From Nemertoderma westbladi (taxonomy: Eukaryota > Animalia > Xenacoelomorpha): a DNA stretch of 64,000 nt. Positions within the stretch are counted from its first letter, which is position 1, and each line of letters begins with the position of its first letter. This document shows positions 22,901 through 32,758 of the stretch, piece after piece. Made by a program: the position numbers and the translations under genes. Location: NCBI GenBank assembly GCA_032718475.1, contig JAUCBJ010006459.1, positions 36,552-100,551 on the forward strand, read 5' to 3'. The notes beneath the pieces were generated by a model. It ran no database searches and was not told the DNA's origin. It saw only the letters and a program-made list of their open reading frames with translations.

Positions 22901-24481
22901 ATAATCCTCTAGCGAAGATAATTCCGCCTCCCAGGTCTTCCATAAGTCCACTTGGTCTGATGAGATCGGCTCGTCCCATGTTAGTCCATCCTTCCATATA
23001 CTGCGCATATAAATGCGGGCTTGCAGTATCACTGGACTGATGAATCCTAACGGATCGAACAATCGGCTCAACTTTGACAAGCATGATCTCTTTGTCAGTG
23101 TGTTCTCTTGACTGTCCAGTCTCACTTTCACTCGGAAGTTGTCTGTGTTTGGGTCCCAAAAGAGCCCCAACACCTTAGTCGTCGGTAGTGGTTCGAACTC
23201 TAGGTCTATGTCACCACCTCCACGCTCAGTCGTCCCGAATGAGTCTACTAATTCGGCACTGTTTGAGGCGAATTTGGTGAGGTTAAAACCTCCGCCCGCT
23301 AAGCAGTCCCGTAATTGATGTGCTACTGTTGTAGCACGTTCTACTGTGTCGCAACTCTGTAAACCGTCATCTACATAAAAGTCACGCTCCACAATCCTAA
23401 TTATCTCTGGGTCATACAGGTGTTTCTGATCCCTAGCGGCCTGCTTTAGGGCGTACATCGTGCAATTTGGGCTGTCTCTGGCACCGAAAACGCGAACTTG
23501 CATTTGGTAAGTCGCCGGTGGTAAACTTAAGTCTCCTTCCGGGTACCAGAGGAACCGCAAACTGTCTCTGTCTCGCTCTAACGCTCTCACTTGGTGAAAC
23601 ATCGCTTCAACGTCACAAGTAAAAGCTACTTGACGCTGACGGAAGCGCATAATCACCCCCATAAGATAATTATTCATGTTTGGTCCATCCATCAACTCAC
23701 TATTGAGGGACATTCCCTCAAACAGAGCCGCGCAGTCGTTGACTACGCGTACTTTATCTGGTTTGTCGGGATGTCTCACATAGTGATGTGGCAAGTAATA
23801 GGTTTGGTCAGTCACTATCTCCGGGTTAGTCATTCGGATAGCGTATCCCTTAGTCAAATACGTCTCCATCTGAGTGTTGTACTGCAGATGGGCCTTCTCG
23901 TCCTTTAATAGACGTTGCCGTATTGAGTGTAGACGTCTTAAAGCCAGTGGATAGTTGTTTATAAGTTTAGGACTTTGGCTACGCCATAACATCCCTACCT
24001 CATAATGTCCGTCTTTCGTCTGGTGGATAGTATCTTCCATGATCTTCAGAGATTGTTTCTCCTGTTCCGACATACAAGGTTCGTAGCTACCAGGTTCAGG
24101 TGTATCTTGTTCTAACCACCTGATAGTCTTCTCCGTTAATTCCTTGTCTAGCACAGCTTGTTCCAACTGATGATTTCTCAACGCGTCATCATCGATCTCG
24201 ACGGGCACTGTTGAGGTTATTGGGGTAGGTAGACTCGCAAGCCTATCATCTGTCGTCGATGGAATCTCTAGCTGACTCGTCTTCTCCCCAAGTTCTAAAC
24301 TCACCTGGTGAATTAGCTGCTCCTTGTGACTTATCATACTAGTTACACGTCTGTTATGTTTTGTCGACTGTAGTGTAGTATGGTTCACGTCGTGTGAGAA
24401 GGAATGAATTGAATTTGTAGTTAATAAACTACATGTACTCTGTACATCGTCTTCCTCGTCACTTACGTCTAGTGTGCGCAC
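19949..24481 (-). CDS. pol: BEL/Pao pol: RT, peptidase A17/RNase H, low-complexity insert, integrase
   Basis: YLPHH, KVRVVNDC, DVEAMFHQV, FGARDSP, FYVDDG, KVLGLFW, FDPLG, FSDAS, PRAEL, NPADIASRG, GIDCFGP, SDQGTNF, WERLI, LTPAHLL. Confidence 0.97.
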   Translation of the reverse strand: MRTLDVSDEEDDVQSTCSLLTTNSIHSFSHDVNHTTLQSTKHNRRVTSMISHKEQLIHQVSLELGEKTSQLEIPSTTDDRLASLPTPITSTVPVEIDDDALRNHQLEQAVLDKELTEKTIRWLEQDTPEPGSYEPCMSEQEKQSLKIMEDTIHQTKDGHYEVGMLWRSQSPKLINNYPLALRRLHSIRQRLLKDEKAHLQYNTQMETYLTKGYAIRMTNPEIVTDQTYYLPHHYVRHPDKPDKVRVVNDCAALFEGMSLNSELMDGPNMNNYLMGVIMRFRQRQVAFTCDVEAMFHQVRALERDRDSLRFLWYPEGDLSLPPATYQMQVRVFGARDSPNCTMYALKQAARDQKHLYDPEIIRIVERDFYVDDGLQSCDTVERATTVAHQLRDCLAGGGFNLTKFASNSAELVDSFGTTERGGGDIDLEFEPLPTTKVLGLFWDPNTDNFRVKVRLDSQENTLTKRSCLSKLSRLFDPLGFISPVILQARIYMRSIWKDGLTWDEPISSDQVDLWKTWEAELSSLEDYSIPRVYFPLQSTFPDNLELHCFSDASDNGFGVAAYLRRQVESDEFDVSLITSKAKTMPTKYMTTPRAELQAATLPTTIVNLIQTELQSSLQIFYWTDATLVLFYINNDTLEFKTFVANRRAEILDRSIKEDWRHCPGPQNPADIASRGMMPEEFCKPENKEFWQHGPQFLQKSTQDWPPLYDNKSNTIPKDAEIKKPKKGKTKKKTTAAKLKKKPKAKWKDITSKVKRGRLASLSTPDISPDGQPDTLPDGQPDMLLDSQPDILPDISQNVPPDASNTLTNSKAAVSLLERPSIDKQPDTLPDVSPDTLLDSRLDILSETSQNVLPDISNVSTNNKAAVSLLERPCIDKLPNSTHLSNHKHGETSCITDVGSTYANVNTGVTLRSRDIPNLQPMVRPGINVGRKISLPKPADPIEFKPPLTIDLQSTDDQGKKTKKDKLLVDPDGSTVNKGIPTGGPVGPSSNSKPSKISIDLPDDVTNTHVDRIVNLTDSWTSACRKLAWIVRFVQYVKGKRDFTRRLTLTEIDRCEIKLIRHYQLRYFAREFTSINQGQPIKSSPILSWSPIIYNGLICHKSRLQNIDFNTNFRYPIIIPQHHELQRAMILDAHLHLKHAGRHHCLSYLRTRFVLIRPSKALSSVTRTCIICKKVHSRIGTQEMSELPQARLQAFRPPFTETGIDCFGPIHTKRGRILVKRWGLIFTCMSSRAVHIERVMDLSTNAFILALRRFIARRGLVKCLYSDQGTNFVGARNEIARAFKKLDHDQISNELQPHKIVWKFNPPDSPWRGGVWERLIRSIKTAMAKVIPVNHILTDDQLTTLFVEIEAILNTRPIVLVPDDKQSQFALTPAHLLMQAPTTLTPISIPIESDSYGRKAWKITQLLANKFWEIWQNHYLPSISARTTWYNNTRALKPGDHVLLAEVNLKRRFWITGVILATHPSMDGVTRTVTVRTIDGRTVDRPTQRLVLLEETRNESGDYKSPPNTSK

Positions 24482-24493
24482 AGGCGCTCGAGT

Positions 24494-25470
24494 TTACCAC
24501 CCTATCGGCGTTCTGCAGGCGTATGCGTTTCCCGCTACAACTGCCGATGGTCTGGTTTCCCACACCTGATGTAGGTTGAATTGGTCCGTCCCGATCAGCA
24601 TTGCTACCGATCTATAATTGACAGGACATTCGGGTACACCAAGGTGTCTGAAATACTTACGGTCCTCTAGAGATTGTTCCGGCACTGGACCTAGTAGGTT
24701 ACTAAAGTCCTTCGTGGCCGCAAAGGTTAGATCTCTAAAAGGTAACAAAGACCTCTCCCTCTCGCTGTGCTGCGATTTTGGAAGAAGAGAGTCTAAGTCC
24801 AACTTAACTCGTGTCACTGGTATTGCACGCTGTCCGTGCATACTACTTACTGTATAACTGACGTGCTTACCTTGCTTAAGATCCGTCACTACGTCAGCTA
24901 TCTTTTCATCCACGTAGCTATGAGATGAGGCTGAATCTAGAATCGCGTAGATCCTCTTACTCCCCTTTGTGCCAGTGATCTTAATCGGGATTACACTGAA
25001 TCCCTTCAGTTGGTCAGTGGTCAGAAGCGCGATCGACGGTTGTTCGTCTCCATTAGAATATTCGTCGTCGTCTTCTGATTCTTCGTCCGACGATCCGGAT
25101 TGTTCTGAGAAGCAATCCTCAATATGGGTCACGAAGGTTGGAGTCGTTTTCGATTCTCGTTTTCGGTAAGCCGCATCACATCTCGCTGCTGCTTCCGGGT
25201 GTTCCCTGGCGAAGCGTTTCGTCGGCGTGTGGCTGTCTGTGTGGAGCAGACCGTCGTGGTTGCGTCCACAGGATGGACAAGTGTCGGTATTTGGGCAATC
25301 TTTACGGACGTGTCCGTGTCGCGTACACCGCCAACAAGAGTCCAGTGGCCGTATTTGCAGCCGTCGTTCTTCCGAGTTCAACTCGCGAAATTGTCGACAA
25401 CCTCGTAACTTGTGACCGATATACCGCTTACCTAGATGCTCGCAGTATTGGCAGCCACTGAAGTCGGTAC
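24494..25470 (-). pseudogene. BEL/Pao triple Cys-His nucleocapsid and aspartic protease; in-frame TAA at 24496-24494 separates it from RT
   Basis: CQYC..H...C, CWRCTRHGHVRKDC, CPSCGRNHDGLLH; AILDSASSHSY; MLIGTD; TPIGW. Confidence 0.9.
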
Positions 25471-25534
25471 CAAGTTGCTGTCTCGTTTGTTTTGTCCCAA
25501 TGGGCGCAGATACCCTACCTCCGTCCGAGAATTG

Positions 25535-26338
25535 TCATGATTCCGTCGGTGTGGTGTAAGTGGCCGTCTTAGTGGATGTTGTCTGGGGTTTTTGTCGGTT
25601 GGAAGATGGCAATGTGATTCCTTCTGCCACGATGTGCTGGTCGGTGTAGTTAGATCTAGTTTCTACTACTGCCTCCCTGGATATTAAAAGGTACACATCT
25701 TCTAATTTTAAGAATCCTCCCCGCTCCTCTCGCTGGTATTCGACCTTCCTCCACTCCCGACGAAGTCGATGGTGGAGTCGTCCTATGATTTTTAATAGGA
25801 CTGTAGGAGTATTCCCGTAATCAAGTTGTCCAATTGATCTTAAGGTAGTGATAGCGTTCTTGATCTCGTCAGCTAGTTTTAGTAAGTCGACGGGTTTAGT
25901 GATAGCCCCTCCCTTACAGAGTTCCTCTATTACTGACCTGGCCATGCTCACTGTACCTCCGTATATCGAAGTTAAACGATCGTACGCTAGTTCGAAAGCG
26001 TCTGGTACACCGACGAAAGTCTCCGCCAAACGTTTAGGTTCTCCTGACAACGTTTGGAGCAGGTAATTGAACTTCTCCCGTGATGTGAAGGCGCACACGG
26101 CGATCTGGGATTCGATATAGTCTACGAAAGTATGCCAGTGTTTTGAGCTACCGGAAAACTTCGGTGGTTGTTGTACCGGCAATCCTTGTCTGGCTGCGAA
26201 TTTCGCTATCTCCTCGGCAACGTTCAGAGTTTCGCGTCCTTGGTTGGTAACCAGGTTGATATTCTCCCTTCTTGGCGCTTTTCCCTGATACGATGTGGGG
26301 TTTGAAGGTACCGGTCTTTGTGGTTCCTTCGGGTGTCT
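25535..26338 (-). pseudogene. gag: gag core (DUF1759-like) of element A, downstream of the DNA transposon insertion
   Basis: LPVQQPPKFSG..KHWHTF...KFNYLLQTLSGEPK...AYDRLTSIYG; frame open up to 26338. Confidence 0.9.
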
Positions 26339-29300
26339 TAGGGTGCATCAAATTTTGAAATGTTGGAAATTGATTATGCCTGGGTGATGTTTGTGTTCCA
26401 TTTGGGGAATTATGATGTGTGGACAAAAATTGTTCAATTCTGACGACATTTAGAGGTCCCACACCACCATGTTATATTTTAGCAACGGGCGATAAAACGC
26501 GATCAATATAGTTTCCACGAACGATCAAAATATCAATGTGCATGTATTTAGAAAAGTTTTGAAGTAATATTTATGTAAGAATTGTAATTTGCTTTAAAAT
26601 GATATGCTGCATGATGTACTTCAGAACATATATAAAGGACATAGCAGATATCAGCGTCTGGCTTCAGCCGAGCTGTATTTTTAGGTTTAGACCAATATAG
26701 ATCTATATAGCATGGAAGTAGCTTTGCTGATATAGTTTATACAATTAAACATATTTTAATAATGTTAATTTAGATTTCAAAACTTTTCAAAATTTCCTTA
26801 TCATATTAAGTTTTTTTCCTAATTCTTGTTCAAATAACACAAATAACTTCAAATAACTAATTGCAAACGGCAGAGATGTGATTGCGATATTCGATTAAAC
26901 AGTAAATTTGAACTCAAATTGAATATGAAAACATTTATGTGATAGCATCAACATTGATATATTCAAGAAATCAAGGTATATTAAATTATATGAATAATTG
27001 TTCCTAGGTGAAAATATTTATGGGCATAATAAGACACTGGATAGAAATATATAGAACATTCACAATTACCAATTATAGTATTAACAATATTTATATCAAT
27101 TATTTATTGAATTCTACACTAATACTATATAAAATATCACTCTAAATGGGTTAGGCAGACATATATAATATACACATATAGTACAATTGTTTATCAATCA
27201 GTCTTTTTGTTTATTTAGTCTTTTACATTTCCGTATATTTGGTCTCATTTTACTCCGTAAGTTTGGTCTCATTTTACGATCTTTCTCAACAACTTGCAGG
27301 ACGTTTTGAAAATGTTCTTCTGATTTGGCTGCTGACAGAAAGTCGCTGGTGAGCTTAACACCCCTTTCAGGACCATCGTTCAAAACATTCACTGAAGTAG
27401 CACGTGCTTTGCTTAATGCAAAGGCTGGATCGTTACACCAGTCTTTAACAGGGTTTTCGAGAAAACTTATATCTAACTTTAACATGTTAATTGTAAACCA
27501 AGAATCTGTTCCAGCCAATTCTGATAGTGTGGTAGCTGGGGTGATGCTCTTAGGAAATACTGGCTTTCCAAATCCAACACCAAATCGTTTATGAGGCACA
27601 GTTATTATCTCATTAGGTTTAATGGATAGTAAAGTGTCAGCAAGTTTGCGCAGCTCATCATGGGGTACTTTGTTGCTAAATAATGCAAGAGGTATCATTT
27701 CTTCTGTTAAGTACCAGAGATGACGATGAAATGCTTTGAGAGCCGAAGTTGATATAAGTCTATTTACACATTGATATTGAAGCAGCCGTTTGTAAAGTAC
27801 TAGATCATTCCATGGTGCATCTATCGCATTACCACAAGTTAACCACCATATACTGTAGACATGAGTTATGAATATGACAAACTCTCTAATTTTACTCACT
27901 TGCTGAATGCTGGTTATAGTTCCAGGAGGTAAAATAGCTATTTGTTTCTCAAATAAAGATAATTTTATACAATAAAGTAGTTTGGCCATCCACCTAGCCT
28001 TGTGCACTGCCCCTGGTCGCTGAAATGAAATTTGTTCATCCATGGCACCTACAAACAATAGTGAGAGTTGAATAAACTCTCTATAATCGTCCCGTTGCAG
28101 TTCCAGTCTGGCAGTTGCTAGCAGTTTCAACTCATTCTCTAGCAATGCAAGAAAGTCTTTGGAGTCGGAATTGGATGTCTCTGCATCAATCTGAAAATAA
28201 CTAAGCTCTTCATCAGATATATTTGGCATAAGGCCCCAATTATTTCTTAAGCGAATGAATAGAGAACTATCTGGAGATTTTGATACCTCAATTTTCAGGT
28301 CCTCAAATACATGTCCAATTAGAAGCTCTCCTATATGGTGACGACATCCAGACCATAAGAGGGGTTTGTTAATCCTTCCCTGAATAGAGATGCAAGCAGC
28401 TGATAAATGACCAGTATTTGAAGTTGTTGTGTCAAATGTCATATTGACAATATTATCAACACATTTCCACTTCTCAAGAAGAGGGTAAGTCAGACCAGAA
28501 ATTATATCACCAGAACCCTGATCCGAACCAGGCTTGTAACTTGGTACACCAAGCAACTTCAAATCGGTAGAGTCACCAACAAGGATAGCTACTCTCTCTT
28601 CGGATTTGTATTTATTTGATAATGTTCCCAGTAGCTTACTATCCCACTGAAGGGAGCATAGTTCTGGAGGTATCCATGAGTCATGATAATCCTTAGCTAC
28701 TTCTTTAACAATTGAACGCCGCGCTCTATCTGCCACTGCATATGATGTGGAAACACTTCCTATATCTCCTCCAGATTCTTCAATGATACCCTGTGTGAAG
28801 GCTGCTTGTTGCATTGGGGTCATTTTCAGTCTTGTTGCTAAAGAAACAACATTTGGTCTTTGCAGTATGTTGCTAGGAATTACAACTGATGTTCCTGTTT
28901 TTGTCTTTTTTTGTTCTTTTGTGGTAATACTGTTACCTCAAAATCAGATTCCAGTCCTGATTCCGATTCACTAGAATATTGAAATTGCTTTGTAGATGCG
29001 ATAACTTGTAGTTCATTCTTGCTTAAGATCTTCCTCTTTGTCTCAGCCATTTCTCTGTCCAAAGAACGCTTTACTTTATTATCTAATGTTTTATCATATG
29101 ATCCAAATGATGCAATACGATCTGTCTTCATGGATATTAAAAAAGCAAGGTCTTCTTTATTTTTTATAGTCTTTTCAGCATCGTGTGCCCATAGTTGTAA
29201 TGTTGATTCCATTCTTAATTCCATATCCTTTACTTTAATCTCTGTAGCCGCAGTACATCTCCTATCTTTTGGTATTGCACGAAGCTTGTTGTTATCATCC

Positions 29301-29604
29301 ATGAGCTTAACAATTTTATCACAACATCTCTGATCAGACAACATTGGAATACTGGCTTTTCTGTAAAATGGCCTGATTTTGTCAAGTATAATTTTTGATG
29401 TCTCCAGTCTTGAAAAAGTTCCACATCTTCCAGGGCGCTTTGATGATTTACCAGTCGATTTCATATGATGGTACAACATACATCTTAACACTTGACGGCA
29501 AGTTGGCAATCTAGTTCCATTAATTATACCATCATCATCCGTGATTGCTTTTCCTAAGCCAAAAATATATCCTGACTGCCGCGTTTTTGGAGTACTAATG
29601 TTAG
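26339..29604 (-). mobile_element. hAT-related (hATm-like) DNA transposon nested in gag; one TIR retained, the other end deleted
   Basis: TAGGGTGCATCAAATTTTG terminus at 26339; abrupt composition change; no matching TIR or TSD near 29604. Confidence 0.8.
27198..29600 (-). pseudogene. hATm-like DDE transposase (frameshift near 28900-28950)
   Basis: RLPTCRQVL, LQWDSK, FDTTTSNTG, CRHHIGEL, RDDYREF, PGAVHKARWMAK, HLWYLTEE, NDGPERGVKL. Confidence 0.85.
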
Positions 29605-31952
29605 GTATTGTGTTCGAATTCGGAATTTCTCGAACTGTCGGTGTAACCTTCCTCCAGACGTTCCTCGATCTGAGCCAACTTGTTAACAACTGGTGGCAGA
29701 ATGTCGGCGAACTGTTGTGTACTAATTGCGTCCGTTGGTTGTAACGCCTTCGGTGTTGGTGTATTCTGTGGAGGATTGTCTGCAAAGGAGTTGTCTGAAC
29801 GCTCGCGTTTATATTCATCGGCCGCCCCTGTTCTAAATACCTCGCGTTTCGGGTAATCCGATTCGCTCGAAGTACTACTATCATCTGGATATGGTGGTCG
29901 ACGTGCTCGCGTTCGTTGCGTCGTACGAATTCTCACGTTACGTTTCGGAACATCGTCCACTGATCTCCGTTGTTCGGTAGGCTCACAAGTCTTCCTCGAA
30001 GTCGTAGATTGCGATGTAAACTGATTGAACGGTCACGTCGCTGTTCTCCGTTGTTCGGTAGGCTCACAAGTCTTCCTCGAAGTCGTAGATTGCGATGTAA
30101 ATTGGTTGAATGGTGGGCGAATGACAGCATTTGAAACAACTGGCCTTGTGGGTCGAAACGTCATTGGGTAAGCGTAGTGTGTAACGGGTTTAGGTGTCGA
30201 CGGTGGACTCACCTGTTTTGTCGTCAGTAATGCAGGTCCAGTCAACAAACTACTACGATCCGTAATCGGTGGGTTACTTACCTTGACTTTCGGAATGGGC
30301 GACGACGTTGCTCTTGGCGGTGTAAACTCGTCCGGAATAACAAACCTGTGTTCCGTCGCACCATGGATAGGAGATATGTTACTACTACCCGCAATCGAAA
30401 CAGGTTCCTTAGTCGTAACCGGTGCAAACATATGAGTTACCTGTGGGAATCGTTGACACAAGTCTTTTACTAATTGTCGTTCCCGTCCGGGTGCTCCTAC
30501 GCTTCCTTCCTTCTTTCGTTCCTGAATTTGGCGATGTCTTACCTCTATCTGGTCCAAGTCATGTCCGTCTCGAGATCTCATCGATCGATCGCGGGCCTTT
30601 TGATCCAGATCTTCCTCAGCGTTCGCTAATTCTCTCGCCTTCTTCTCGAGTTCGAAATGAAGTTTAGCTGTCTTCTCTCGTTGTTCCGTTTGTCGTTGTT
30701 GCGCCTCAAACTCTGCTTGTCGTATAGCGGATTGAGCTTTTATTTGCCGTGTTTTCATTTCGGCCCGTGCTTCCGAAACTAACCTGTCTCGTTCTAATTC
30801 CGCCGCTGCCGCTGCCGCTTGTCGCTCTGACTCGGCTGCTGCCGCTGCCGCTTGTCGCTCTGACTCGGCCGCTGCCGCTTGTCGCTCTGACTCGGCCGCT
30901 GCCGCTGCCGCTTGTCGTTCTGACTCGGCCGCTGCCGCTGCCGCTTGTCGGGCAATGTCTACCTCTAACCTTTCTACTTCAGCTGCTTCTAATTCAGCTT
31001 GTTCCTGTAGATGAGAGATTCTCGCTATATTCGCAACGCGTAGCTTCTCTTCCTCTACTGCTGCCTGCATCACTAGAAGTTGAGCTTGTTCCTCCATTTC
31101 TCGTCGTTGTCGGTAGAATTCTTGCTGTTGTCGAGCAACTTCTGACGTGACCATACTTCCCTCGCAGATTTCGCTACGAATACTTACCAGCGATTGATTT
31201 AGTATTCCCGGTGCCGATTCGATTTGTGCGAATGAAGTTTCCCTCGTATATTCCGGCACGGTTTCCAAATCGCCGACGTCTTCGCCGCACATGCGTAAGT
31301 GGTCCGTCAGGTGTTTTAATCGTCCATCCAGTCGGTACAGTTCCTGTTCTTCCTCGGGTTGTAATAATTCGTCCGAAACTGACTCACCTAACAACTGGTC
31401 CGCTTGTTCCTGTTGTATCTGTCTAATCGTCGACTTAAACTGAATCAGTTTCTCTCTAGTGATCATTAGTTTCTCGAGGATTCTAAGTTGAGTATCCATG
31501 TCCTGTCTCTGTCTAGCTAGATCTTGTAGGCCAACTAGATTATCTACGGACTTATATACTTTACTCTGTACTCTAACCTGGAGGGTGTAGAACTCGAATC
31601 GAGACATCGGAGCAGTCAACCCGTCTAATATGCGTTGGCCTTCTCCAATACTCCTGGTTATATGCGCCATGTATCCACCGACGCTTCTAACCACACTTTC
31701 TGTGCTTCCTGCTGAACTTACCATTTCCGTTTCCCTGTATCTAGGTTGCGGAACAGTTAGAAAGTCCTCGGTCCTGCCGTCGCCTCGTACTACGGCATCC
31801 GGTACTCCCGTTGGATGTACTGGTGACGCACACGGTGTAGGTTCGGTAGGCTCGCGAGTCTTCCCCTGTTGTTCTTCCGCTGCTGACTTATCTCCGTTGC
31901 ATGAGTCATAGTCGGTAGGTGTGTTCTTCGTATAGTCTTGTTTGTCACTCAT
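29604..31952 (-). pseudogene. gag: gag N-terminal coiled-coil region of element A (in-frame TGA at 30035-30033; ERQAAAAAAES repeats; 81-bp duplication)
   Basis: ATG at 31952; the frame continues past the TGA into ORF 29960-29601. Confidence 0.85.
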
Positions 31953-32747
31953 TTCGGTAGTTGTAAGTCAAGTAAAGTGAGTGTCAAAGTATCGAGTTTA
32001 CCGTATTTATCTAAACGGTACTAATTACAGTCTTATAAAATTAGCCTACCGGCCGATTTTATAGCAGATGGATAAAATTAGCCTAAACGGCCAATTTTAC
32101 AGCAAATAAATGTCACGGAATAAGTATATAATAAAATTAGCCTAGCGGCCAATTTTATAACAAATAAATCGGATAACGATATGCGTTATCAAAAGGTAAA
32201 TTAAATACAATAATACGGACTAATTCAGCAATGAACAAAGAAATCATACGGAATGCATAAATACTTGAGACAGTGGAACCCACAATAATTTTAACTAATA
32301 CGGTAATGCCTAACTTATTTATGCAACTTTTCGAACTCACCCACTCCAATAATTCTCCAGAAAAACAGATTCCCAGATACAAACCGAACGTGAACCTTTC
32401 CGTTTTTAACGTTGCGGACGAAACGCGATTTTCCCAACCAAAGTTGTTGAGTTATCTATCTCCCAAACTTGCTAAACACGGTCTTGCTCCCGTTACAGTC
32501 TAGAAATGAGTTCTGAATCCTGAAAAAACAAAAGAGTTAGGTTTTACTTTACGAAAATTTTGTACCGGTACAATATGGTATTTAAACCCCTTTAAACACC
32601 GGTATTCAATTCCAAAATATTGTACACGCGGTTCAAATCAAAATTATATTTCAAAAAATTAGCACTTAGCTAATCAAATACGAATTTTACCTCAAAATAC
32701 AAAATTTTCAAATAACTTTAGTCCTACCGAACCGTAGTTCAGTAAAA

Positions 32748-32758
32748 CACATTCCTAC
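32748..32758 (-). promoter_or_regulatory. Primer-binding position of element A: GTAGGAATGTG (non-tRNA type)
   Basis: Flush with the 5' LTR end; lacks TGG; complementary to an 11-mer inside the LTR. Confidence 0.55.

Noticed and set aside
24482-24496. Programmed stop-codon readthrough between protease and RT
   Set aside because: BEL/Pao normally encodes one gag-pol ORF and this copy has several other lesions, so a nonsense mutation is simpler.
28880-29884. 334-aa ORF as a genuine gene
   Set aside because: Chimera of off-frame gag sequence and the transposase N-terminus across the junction at ~29604.
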